From: Dipteris shenzhenensis
Taxonomy: Eukaryota
Reading direction: 5' to 3' (one strand)
Assembly: GCA_047967505.1 (NCBI GenBank)
Contig: CM106538.1
DNA length: 64,000 bases
Part shown: piece after piece, positions 39,510-50,085 of the stretch
Position numbering within the stretch: position 1 is the first letter of the stretch
Layout: each line of letters opens with the position of its first letter
The notes under the pieces: generated by a model
Seen by the model: only the letters and a program-made list of their open reading frames with translations
Database searches by the model: none
What the model was told of the DNA's origin: nothing
Made by a program: the position numbers and the translations under genes

Positions 39510-42002
39510 TTACCTAGCACTTTTCAAGAAGTCATTAAAAACTTTGTAGTCATTCTCATCTAGCTGGTACTTGTCTGTTCTTACAATATATGTCAAATTT
39601 GCTAATGCAATAATTGTTTCAATGTCCACCATGTTTAATTCTGTCAAATCATAAGTAAACATTTGTGCTCCTTTTGCCCTTTGATACCATCCAAGCTGAA
39701 CTTCCAAACCTTGGGGCCTATCTGCTAAATCAAAGCCACACTTATAATCCACGTACCTCCCTCCGACTTTCTTCCTCATCTTTTGAACTCTTCCTAAGTA
39801 CCATGTACCATGAGTTGCATCCATATTCCTCGTGATTGTAGCTTTGCCATTTCTTTTCATGTGTTGATTTCCTTGTCCTTTTGTGTCATCATGAAAGTAT
39901 ACAGCACAGTCACAACCTATCCAAATAAATTTCCATTTGATGATTGTGCTTTTGCTTCATGGTTGAAGTAAACACCTTGCTTTACCCTTGTGAGTCTATC
40001 TTTTGACAAGGTTGGACATCCATTGAGTTGACTCACCAATGTTGACTTGAAAATAAACTTTCCGTCCACCTCTACAATGGGGCTAATGTTTTTCTTAGGG
40101 GGCATGTTTCTTGTTTCCTTCAAAATGTCATCAATTTCATGTCTAATCTCACTAAGTGCAATAACCTCTTCGCTTTCATTGCTATTCTCGTCCATAGTTT
40201 CTTCTTCACCACATGGCTCCACAGAGTCATCATTCTCATCAGCTTCTCCCATTTCAGCATCTAGCTTACACCATGTAGACCCTGCATCTAGCCAAGGTTG
40301 AAACCACCATTTCAAGTCTTCAGCCTTGCTAGGTTTCAAATCCAAACACTCGCATAGTATGTGAGCTTGTTGTAAGCCCTCCTTTAATGCATCAATCATC
40401 TTTTCATCAGAAGAAACACTCTCATAGTCACCTAGATTTTCTTCAATCATCCCTTCTTGTTTGTTCAAATGTTTCCATATATGCTCTTGCTTTTTATGAG
40501 CCCTAGAGAAAGTTAGACCATTTTGAGCACACTCATGCATGGCAATTTTATTCAAGCTACCAATGCTATGTAGAAGATCTCCAAGATCAAATGCTCTTTC
40601 TTGCACAATCATGCCTCCAACTTTACTAAAATAGATTTCAGCAGCATCAGAACCGGTAAGATGTAGTGGACACTTCAGATTAGGATAAAAATCTCGAAAC
40701 ATCTTTATGAGCAATACAACAAAATGACAAGAAAGCATGCAGTCCGTATAAGCCTCCTTACTGATGAAATTTTTCTTCAAGGTGTAGGTTGGATGGTGAT
40801 GAATCCATAGTCGCCAAATTTTGAAAAAGAAGACTACCTTGGCTGCAAGCACCACACGCTCCTTCAAGATCAAATATGGTGACAAGAAAATATCAATATA
40901 ATCAGCAACAATCATCAAATAGGCCTCAGTCCCCTTCATACTTCTTTCTTTTTTTTGAAGTTTTCTCAAACATTTCTGTACTTGTCTACTTGCAATCCTT
41001 TGAGTTGCTCCCCAATTTTGTCGATCATTCCTTTGAATATCTCCATCTCGTAGCTTGTGCTCCTCAATTGAAAAAGAATTGTAAACAATAGATACATGAT
41101 TTAGTGTGATCCAAACACATCCAATTGCTAGTTGTCGAGTAGGACTATCAAGTGGGCTTGTAAGTTTCTTTCCACAGTGTACAAAGTCTTGATCATGAAG
41201 GCCATACACATTTCCTCCTACAATTTTTGCTCTCAAATTCCATCCACACCAATTGATAGCAAAAGGTTGTTCGCTTTTCTCCAAATAGTCTTCAAGCATC
41301 AACTTTCGTCTTCTACTATCTCCATCTGAAGCATGTCCAATTATGGGTCCAACTTTATCTTTCAGGTTTGCATTCCACATGGTCTCCAAAAGATTCCATT
41401 GGTTCCTTACAAAATCACTATCAAAACGATTGCATGTGCAATGCACAATCAAAGCCAATCGTGGAAGAAGATCATGAAGAGGATTAACAATCAAAAGTCT
41501 AGCATAATGACCTATGATATGATTTTGAAAGGCATCTATAATATTCGAGTATCCTTGTGAGCCTTCACCAACAACAATGGAGTCATTTGATGAGCATTGA
41601 TGATATTCTCCTTTCTTTCCACAAAACCCAATAAGAGTGTCATCTTTTGCATTCCATCTACACAACACAATTATAGAGTTTAATAACTTCCTCATCTTTT
41701 TGAGAGATTTCCAAACATAGCAATTATAAATATCTTGATGATATAGATAAAAGCATAATGCATAGAGAGCTAAAATTACCTTATTCGACGCTTAATGGTT
41801 GTCTCATTTAGTATACAACCTTCATCATCATTGTCATCTTTGATAACAAAATGAAAAGGAACATTAATGATTCCATCTTGCATAATCTCCTTACGTATCA
41901 TGCTATAGGTAGAGTCACCAAGCACTCTAACATATCCCAAAAGCTTCTTCTCAGATGATCCATAGTCAAACACCTTTATGTGAGTCTTTGAAGCCATGAT
42001 AT
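39510..42002 (-). pseudogene. P-element/THAP9-like transposase (intron 41658-41779; frameshift near 39920)
   Basis: NETTIKRRIR|WNAKDDTLIGFCG, GHASDGDSRRR, QDFVHCGKK (D-x2-H), DRQN, TGSDAAEIYFSKVGG; 592-codon open frame plus C-terminal ORF 39510-39860. Confidence 0.7.
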
Positions 42003-42357
42003 GATCAATAGTATACCTAATCAAAATAAGAGAAAAATATAAATAAACTCATAACTTTTAAATTCTAAATGGTATGCCATAGTCTAAATCACTAATGGTA
42101 TTTATTGAAGATCAATATTCTAGCTTAAGAGGAGAGAAAAATAAAGTATTTCACAAACGCTATATCAAAACAAATAACTATAGACCTTCTAATTCTTGCT
42201 TGTATCAACACAAATATTACATAAACATTATTAATGAGTCATTTGAAAGAATAAATTAAAAAAGTTGACATTTTTTATATACATAAATAGATCATGTACT
42301 AGAAAGAAAACCATCAATCTTTGGAATATTATTTAGAAACTATAGTGCTACAAAAGG

Positions 42358-43731
42358 TTACAATGCATCATGTCGTAATGCACTTTCACATGTGACTTTG
42401 AATATAGCTTCAAATGTATGAGTAACATCTGTTGCAGTAGGTCTAGCTTTAGGAATAGGATTTCTCATTTCCTCTATTCTCTTCCACCAACGCTTTAAGT
42501 GATCCAACTTAGTTGCATCTTGGATGTGAACAAAGTACTTGTAAGCTAGCCGATACAACTTTTCCAATGAAAAGGCTGTAGCATAAATATCAGTTTCCTT
42601 GGAAAACTTTGCATATGGAAAAGTATACAACTCAGGAGCCAACCACTTTCTTCGCATGCATCGCTCTTTGAATTGAGGATCACATCGATCCTTGCCATCA
42701 TTGACATATTTATCACTCTTGCTAAATCCCCAATCGATAATTCCTATAAAGACCTTATCAGACTCACTATCAAAGTGAAGCATAATGTTCGAAGGATGCA
42801 AGTCATTATGCAAAAGATCTTTTCCATGCATGTATTTTAACGTCCCCATCAAAGTACCAGCTAGATTTACGGCATGAGTACGGACACGAGATAAATGGTC
42901 TAGCTCCTCTCCCACATAGACTGAGTTCATAGCATTTAACCTTGACCATTTGTCCAATGTCTCCCCATTCCAATACTGGTATACCAATCTTGGAGGATTT
43001 ATCACACGAGCAATCGTGCGAACAAGTCCTCTATGAGGTAATTGGGCTTGCATTGTTTCCATATTTGCCATTAACTCTTGCATGGACCTTCTCTCTTCCC
43101 TTTCACTTGGCTTTTGAGATACCTTAAGTTTCTTAATGGCAAAGGTCTCTTTTGGATCAAAGCAGTCTACACCAATGATGTTACCTTTCACCACTCTTCC
43201 ATATGAGCCTTCACCCAGCACATAATCTTTCTCTTGTACATGAATCTGCTGCTTCTCAAGAAAAAACAAAGATGGCATCTTCAATCCTCTGGGATTGACA
43301 CATTCTTTTGAAGAACTGGCATTGAATGCTTTCCTCTTTGAACTCATAACTGCCTTCCACTTTAAGGAAAACCAATCAATCAACTCTTCTTTATTATTTG
43401 TATCTCTGGGATTGAATGTGCTTGTCCGCTTTTCATAAACACTTTTAACTCTCCCTAGTTCTATGCGAATACTCACACAAAAATTATCTTGAAATTCATA
43501 TTGCATATTCCATTGTGGATCTTCATTCTTCATCATGGTAATGACATCAGAGGAAAGATCCACACAAAGCTTATCCATCCCTCTTTCCCCTAAGTCAAAA
43601 TACTTTTCCAAATCTTCCTGCGTTTTTGATAACAAGCTCATGCAAAGACACTTCGAGAATATTTTTCGCATTCCTTCCTTGAATCTATATTCATATAACA
43701 CGTGTTTTTTATGACTCTTCATCTTGTCCAT
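42358..43731 (-). CDS. Protein kinase-like protein (457 aa), transposon cargo
   Basis: Uninterrupted ORF with LGEGSYGRV, FAIKK, HNDLHPSN, IDWG, WLAPE, ETDIY and RPTA subdomain motifs; ~160-aa N-terminal extension of unknown type. Confidence 0.88.
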   Translation of the reverse strand: MDKMKSHKKHVLYEYRFKEGMRKIFSKCLCMSLLSKTQEDLEKYFDLGERGMDKLCVDLSSDVITMMKNEDPQWNMQYEFQDNFCVSIRIELGRVKSVYEKRTSTFNPRDTNNKEELIDWFSLKWKAVMSSKRKAFNASSSKECVNPRGLKMPSLFFLEKQQIHVQEKDYVLGEGSYGRVVKGNIIGVDCFDPKETFAIKKLKVSQKPSEREERRSMQELMANMETMQAQLPHRGLVRTIARVINPPRLVYQYWNGETLDKWSRLNAMNSVYVGEELDHLSRVRTHAVNLAGTLMGTLKYMHGKDLLHNDLHPSNIMLHFDSESDKVFIGIIDWGFSKSDKYVNDGKDRCDPQFKERCMRRKWLAPELYTFPYAKFSKETDIYATAFSLEKLYRLAYKYFVHIQDATKLDHLKRWWKRIEEMRNPIPKARPTATDVTHTFEAIFKVTCESALRHDAL

Positions 43732-43794
43732 GTTACCTTCTGCACATAAAACAAAATTAGTTGCTTTTGTAAGATTATCCTCTCTTTCTCTCTC

Positions 43795-43835
<41 letters not shown>

Positions 43836-43906
43836 CTTCCTCTCTCTCTCACACACAACTAAACGGTTTGATTCTTGTGAGCATGTAGATGTATTTCCAA
43901 TTATTG

Positions 43907-44795
43907 ACTTGATTTTCTAAGCATTCTTCCAAGGGAATTGCAGACCGTGTTCAGAGACCGGAGTACTCCCAAGGCTAGATTGCTTACATACTATACATTG
44001 CACGACTTGATTCTCTAAGCATTCTGCCAGGGGAATTGCAGACCGTGTCAAGAGACCGGAGTGCTCCCGAGACTAGATTGCTTACATACTATACATTGCA
44101 TGATTTGATTCTATAAGCATTCTACTAGGGGAATTGCAGACCGTGTCAAGAGACCGGAGTGCTCCCGAGGCTAGATTGCTTACATAGTATACATTGCACG
44201 ACTTGATTCTATAAGCATTCTACTAGGGGAATTGCAGACCGTGTCAAGAGACCGGAGTGCTCCCGAGGCTAGATTGCTACATACTATACATTGCACGACT
44301 TGATTCTATAAGAATTTTGCCAGGGGAATTGCAGATCGTGTCAAGAGACCGGAGTGCTCCGGAGGCTAGATTGCTTACATACTATACATTGCACGACTTG
44401 ATTCTCTAAGCATTCTGCCAGGGGAATTGCAGACCGTGTCAAGAGACCGGAGTGCTCCCGAGGCTAGATTTCTTACATACTATACATTGCACGACTTGAT
44501 TCTGTAAGCATTTTGCCAGGGGAATTGCAGACCGTGTCAAGAGACCGGAGTGCTCCCGAGGCTAGATTGCTTACATACTATACATTGCAGGACTTGATTA
44601 TGTAAGCATTCTGCCAGGGGAATTGCAGACCGTGTCAAGAGACCGGAGTGCTCTCGAGGCTAGATTGCTTACATACTATACATTGCATGACTTGATTCTA
44701 TAAGCATTCTGCCAGGGGAATTGCAGACCGTGTCAAGAGACCGGAGTGCTCCCGAGGCTAGATTGCTTACATACTATACATTGCATGACTTGATT
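43907..44795. repeat. 98-bp tandem repeat, ~9 copies
   Basis: GGGAATTGCAGACCGTGTCAAGAGACCGGAGTG recurs at about 43933, 44031, 44129, 44227, 44324, 44422, 44520, 44618 and 44716. Confidence 0.95.
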
Positions 44796-44814
44796 GCTTA
44801 ATACATACTAAGAC

Positions 44815-45160
44815 TATAGAAATATTAAAGCATAAAGCATAAATGGCATAGAAGCATAAACTAAAGAAGCATAGGCATATATAAACATATTCCAAGAAAA
44901 TATTAAAGCATAAAGCATAAATGGCATAGAAGCATAAAGAAACATATAAACATATTCCAAGAAAATATTAAAGCATAGAAGCATAAAGAAACATATAAAC
45001 ATATTAAAACATAGAAGCATAAAGAAACATATAAACATATTCCAAGAAAATATTAAAGCATAAAGCATAAATGGCATAGAAGCATAAACTAAAGAAGCAT
45101 AAATGGCATAGAAGCATAAACTAAAGAAGCATAGGCATAAACTTTCAAGAAAATATTCCA
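44815..45160. repeat. AT-rich AAGCATA-based minisatellite
   Basis: Repeated aaagcataaagcataaatggcatagaagcataaa units. Confidence 0.85.
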
Positions 45161-48100
45161 AGCAAGTGTTTCAAGCATGTGTGGATGTTAAGTAGACCTA
45201 TTTGTTTTCCCCTTTCACCTACCTTATCGGTTTCATTTCCATACATCTAAGTTGTTTTCCCCTTTAACCTTTTGAGGGGTTACCAAATGAACGTTGCCCT
45301 TAACTCGGCACATTCAGAGATCGTTCGTGGAGACGTGATGGGGGCATAACAGTATGCAAAAAGTACAGAGCATGGTACAAGTGCGTACCTTGATGCGGGT
45401 GTAAAAATGAACTATCATATCTTCTCAGATACACACTATAGGAGTGGCCAACAGAGACTCTCATTCTGCTGGGTAAGGTCTTCAACTATGCCTCCAACCA
45501 CGTACAAACAAAACTCCACAGCAGCAAGCCCCCAATAGTAAGCGGCTCATGTGCATAGTTGTAGTGCCTCACTACAACTGAATGACAAACTCCAGGCTCA
45601 AATGAATCTTCACATGCATCTCCCACGTCCACAACCACTCCATCAACTCAACCGGTCTGTGTAGTTGGGCATCAACAGCAGCTCCAAGTGCAAGCTAGGT
45701 GCCTCAACCCTCTGGCTTCTCCAACAACTCCAGAGGCTCTAGCTTCAATGACATTCAAGCTCAGCCACCAGCCCACAGCCGCAATAGGACATGTAAGGCG
45801 CGGCGATAGATGATATGGACGAGAATTGAATGTCAAGCCAACAAACACGAGTTTTGTTAGATGAACCGCCAAAGGTTTCTGCGAGCAATCGTCTCTCGAT
45901 CGGCGGTAGATTGCCCATGGAATTCGAGGACTTTGCAAATAATTTGTGTCCGCACTTCCTGCCCGGCCTCACGAAAGATATTACGCCGGATCTTCGCCCG
46001 CTGCAATTTCGTGTTTCAAACAGCTTACTGAGTAAGAGGGAACACCACTGAGTGAAATAATATTTACGCCTTCTTTATATGGCAGGGCAATAAGCGCTCC
46101 CAATGCGCAGCTACATTAACACATGAAGATGAACACGTTCGCCTCTCAGGAGTGAGCAAGCACGCTGTACTACACTATAAACCTGGGAAGCATACAACTG
46201 CACTTCGGCCTTGTCAGAGCAATAGAGCAGAAGGAAAGTGGGGGAAGAGAAAATAATCTTCAAACCTAGCTGCCACCCTCTCCTCGAAACGAAAATTTAG
46301 CAACTGGAAATACAGAAAGTTGTGGACAATTCTCTTGAAGCTGTAAGGCTCAAGGAGTCGCAGTTCATGGAGTCCATACGATTTCTTGGAGTGCAGAATT
46401 AAGCCACCCACGAAGGTACAGATTCCAAACGACTGCTCAATGAAAGTACCTGGCTGCTGTTGAGTGACTTGAGTCTTCAGTCTTTAGTGACGAGTCGTGA
46501 GTCGTCAAAACTGCAAACAAGTTGAGCTTTCTTTGAACTGGAGGTTGATGGTGGTGGCACTCAGTGGCAAGTGCTCGAGCTAAGAGCATGATGTGAAAGC
46601 AAGAGCAAAGTTTGAGAAAAGAGTGGAGGAGACCTAAAGGATAAGAGATGACAACCACACATCTAACAAGCAATCAACGGTGATGATGGAATCTAAGTTG
46701 ATCTGTTTGATCAAGGGTTATTATGCAAGCCACATGGATTAATTTGTTTAAATTTTATTAATATTATATAAAAATAAGAATATATTATATAACCTTTAGT
46801 TTATAAAGTGCTTTATCAACATTAACCGGTTTTCCAAAGAGAGCTTATTAATCTAACCTTGATTTTCAAGGTATATCTTTTAAATATCATTAAAGTCGAG
46901 ATTGCCATAAAATTTTATCCTTTTTAATAACCTGCTTCTCACCACTTACGATGGTTTTTTGCCATTTTTACCAGTTCAAAATACACTAAATGACGGTTTT
47001 TTTCTAACACTGAGGAGCATACCGATACAATCATCGCAGGGATCTTTTTCTATGAGGGTATGGAGCTTTGGAGCAATGACTCCTCCTATGTGATGCGGAT
47101 GCACTCCGAAGGTCTCACCTTCTACTCTGTCACACACTTCGATGACTAGCACCCCTCCCAGTATTGGATAATCCCCTTCTTAGATTTCAACACACAAATG
47201 AATGTAGCCAGCAACCCCTTCGACCTCAACATGGCTCTCACCTCACCCTCTTGCCCAATTGGCTATCTATCCAAGAGTATTCTGATATGAGTAGAAATAT
47301 CTTATTTGTGATGCATGTAGGAATTCTCATCCAGGCCACAATTCAATTCTTGAGGCCACAAAGCTTGAGGTATTTGATTCTTTACTACAATTACAAATGC
47401 TTTTTTTTTTCCTACCCAAACCCTATCTCCTCTCTTCACCCCGATTAGTGAGCAAAGACTTTATAGGCATATCTAAAAAAATCAAATCTCTTCTCCATCC
47501 TTGACCCAATGGACCTAGCAGCTTCTTTGATTCTCTTCGTGAAGTTTTTAGTCGATGGGATGGCATGGAGGGCCCCACCTTCCACACTACCAATGACTTC
47601 ATGATGATCTTCCTATGGGTCTAGTTGATATTTTTGGTCGAGGAGGAATTTCTTATGGGGCTAACATCGGTGAGATCTTGATCACCATGCAAGACGATCT
47701 GTGGAGTGTCTAGAACTTGAGGAGAACTTGAGAGACCACAGTTGGATCAATCCAACACCAATATCTACTTATCATGACTGCGAGGGGTAGTCAGCACATT
47801 AAAATTTTGAGTCACCCATCAACAAATTGTGATTGCTCTTACACATCATCCTAGATGAAACAATATTTAAAAAATAACTTTTAATTTAGATCTGAGAATA
47901 AACACACCCTACCTGTTAATTTTAAAACAGTGTATAAAATTACCCCTGCTATAAATATATTTCTGTAAGTCTTGAGAATTAAAATACCCCTCATTTTGAA
48001 CTCTCACAGTATACTTACATTTCCTAGATGGACCCCCCGAGTAAAAAACACACACAGAGAGCTGAAATTGTAAGTGCTGTGTGTGCTTTTTGAACTTAAA

Positions 48101-48917
48101 ACTTCTTTATTTTGATATCATACTAACTAAATTATACATATTGCAGTTGTATTAGAAGGCTTTTAGATGCATTGGATCACTGTCCTCCAAATGTCTCTCT
48201 TTTGGATTCAATAGAGCCAATAAGTCTAGAGGTATAAAGTCTATTAAATGCTATGTCTTTGAAATTATTGAATAATTTTGTTTTGTGCTGATGCTAACAG
48301 TTTCTAACATATCTTTCTAACTGTACATACACCACAACAAAATGATTCAAGTAGCTGTGGATGGAGGGTGCTGATCAATGCAAAATATATACTTTCAAGC
48401 TACTTTGAGAAGGAACAGCCAGACCTGGTAAGGGAAAATGCTTTTCATTTAGCTTGAAGATAATTCGTAATGATACAAAGTGTTCTAAATTATCCTCTAC
48501 CATTGCAGATGAAAGAGGATAGGTTCAGCTCCAACTATGTACATAATTTTAGAGCTCATACAATTTGGAGGTTTTTGAGCTATGCCTCCCCCAAACCTAT
48601 TGTACCAGCTACTGTGGAGCTGGGTGAAAGCTCTAAAGTACAAGAAGGTGTCATACACCTTGATCCCACAAATGAAGCACCTAATGCTGAGGACCAGAAG
48701 CCACAGGAGCAATCACATAGTGCTGAGGAGGAGCAGACACAGGAGCAAAGACCTGCTGCTGATGTTGAGGAGAAGGTGGAGAAGCAGCAAAGAGAGGCTC
48801 CTGGGGCAGTGGAGGAGAAAGGATGGAGCACGGCCAGGATGGAGCAGCAGAGAGAAGATCCTCTAGAAAATGTAGAGCAGCCTCTGGATCAAAAGCTGTA
48901 CATAAATAGAAAATGGA

Positions 48918-49528
48918 TGTCAGAAATATGTTCTACAGATTCAGCTAAACAGTTCTGTACAAAATCTTACTTGATTGAATACAGGAGGACTGATGGTAGC
49001 AGAGTCAAAAGGAGTGGAAGCTGTGCGAGCGCTTCCGGAGCGAGGAGTAGCAGTGGGAGTAGGAGAGGGAAAGGGACCTGGCTGATACTGTGTCTCCAAA
49101 CCAAGTGGAGACCTATAGGAACGTGAGTGTGCTGACTCGTCTACATCTCCCGAGTCAGCATAACATAAGCTGCCCTTCCTACTCTTCCTGCCCTTATGAG
49201 AGGCATGTGCAGGTGATGACCCCTCGATCGAAGGGGCATGAGGGGACGGCTGGGCAGTACGTCCAACTGTCGGTGTAGGGGAGGGAATTGCTGAGGTTCT
49301 CTGAGATAGCAAAGAGAAGAATCTCGCTACCTCCTCATCGTGCTATGTGGAAGAGGAGTCGAACCAGGGGTAGTCGTAGTGCTAGGTCCGAGAGGAGTCA
49401 GACCATGGGTAGTCCTCAGGGTAGTCACTGAGAGGAATCAAAGTCCTCTGAAGCATATAGATCGTGAGCTCTCCTCTTGCGAGGCTATCCGTACTTGTCG
49501 GATGAGCAACGTGATCCCATGTCTAACA
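48918..49528 (-). mobile_element. Probable solo LTR (~610 bp)
   Basis: TG...CA with inverted termini TGTCAGA/TCTAACA (6 of 7 match); GC-richer than flanks; TSD only tentative (tgga/taga). Confidence 0.5.
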
Positions 49529-50085
49529 TAGACACAAACACGAAAACAAAAAACAAAAAAACAAACATAAGAATAGGCATAGGCACAAGCATAGGCAAAG
49601 AGGGAGAGAAGAGGAAGAAGAGGAAGAGGAAGAGGAAGAAGAGGAAGAGGAATCTGAAGAAGAGGGAGAGAAGAGGGAAAAGAGAAGGGGGAGGAGAAGA
49701 GTAAGAAGAGGGAAAGGAAAAAGGGAAAGAAGAGGAGAGAAGAGGGAAAGGAAGAGGAAGAAGAGGAAGAAGAGGAAGAAGAGGGAGAGAAGAGGAAGAA
49801 GAGAGAAAGAAGAGAGAAAGAAGAGGGAAACGAGAGGGGAAGAGAGGAGAAGAGAGAAGAAGAGGAAGAAGAGAGAAAGAAGAGAGGACAAGAGAAGGGG
49901 GAAAGAGAGAATAAGAGAAGGGGGAAAGAGAAGGGAAAGGAAAGAGGGAAAGAAGAGGAAGAAGAGGGAAAAGAGAAAGTGGACGAGAAGAGGGAAAGGA
50001 AAGACAGAAAGGAAAGAGGAAGAAGAGGGAGAGAAGAGAAAGAAGAGAGAAAGAAGAGGGAATAAGAGGGAAAGGAGAGATTTAT
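49529..50085. repeat. GA-rich satellite, inverted counterpart of 27262-28445
   Basis: gaggaatctgaagaagaggg and gagaagggggaaagagagaataag are reverse complements of units at ~28250-28370. Confidence 0.88.

Larger units (their letters stand above)
37224..48041 (-). mobile_element. 10.8-kb DNA transposon with a P-element-like transposase and kinase cargo; probable master family of the CTCGGGGGG MITEs
   Basis: Perfect 13-bp TIR CTCGGGGGGTCCA/TGGACCCCCCGAG; perfect 8-bp TSD taaaaaac (37216-37223, 48042-48049); removing it restores the Ulp1 frame SLKN|THRELK. Confidence 0.93.
35982..48900 (+). pseudogene. Histone H3-like fold fused to a Ulp1/SENP (peptidase C48) domain; multi-exon gene split by the 37224-48041 element
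   Basis: MARTKSIARK...LREIRRQQK...IPKAPFQRLVREI...LQEMAEDYL...AHAHRVTLMAKDF; continues in frame past TAA 36591; introns 36803-36892 and 37064-37153 give LLPYHSSDHWSFVSID...FNSLKN; resumes at 48050 with PQQNDSSSCGWRV at ~48332. Confidence 0.85.

Noticed and set aside
43907-44795. CRISPR array
   Set aside because: Units are contiguous with no unique spacers, there are no cas genes, and the context is eukaryotic
47001-47012. tttctaacactg as the terminus of a CAGTG-type element
   Set aside because: I found no matching left terminus or TSD; the CTCGGGGGG TIR and TSD pair explains the region
48470-49126. Standalone 218-aa gene
   Set aside because: Chimeric ORF: intron tail, last H3-Ulp1 exon, and read-through into a probable solo LTR
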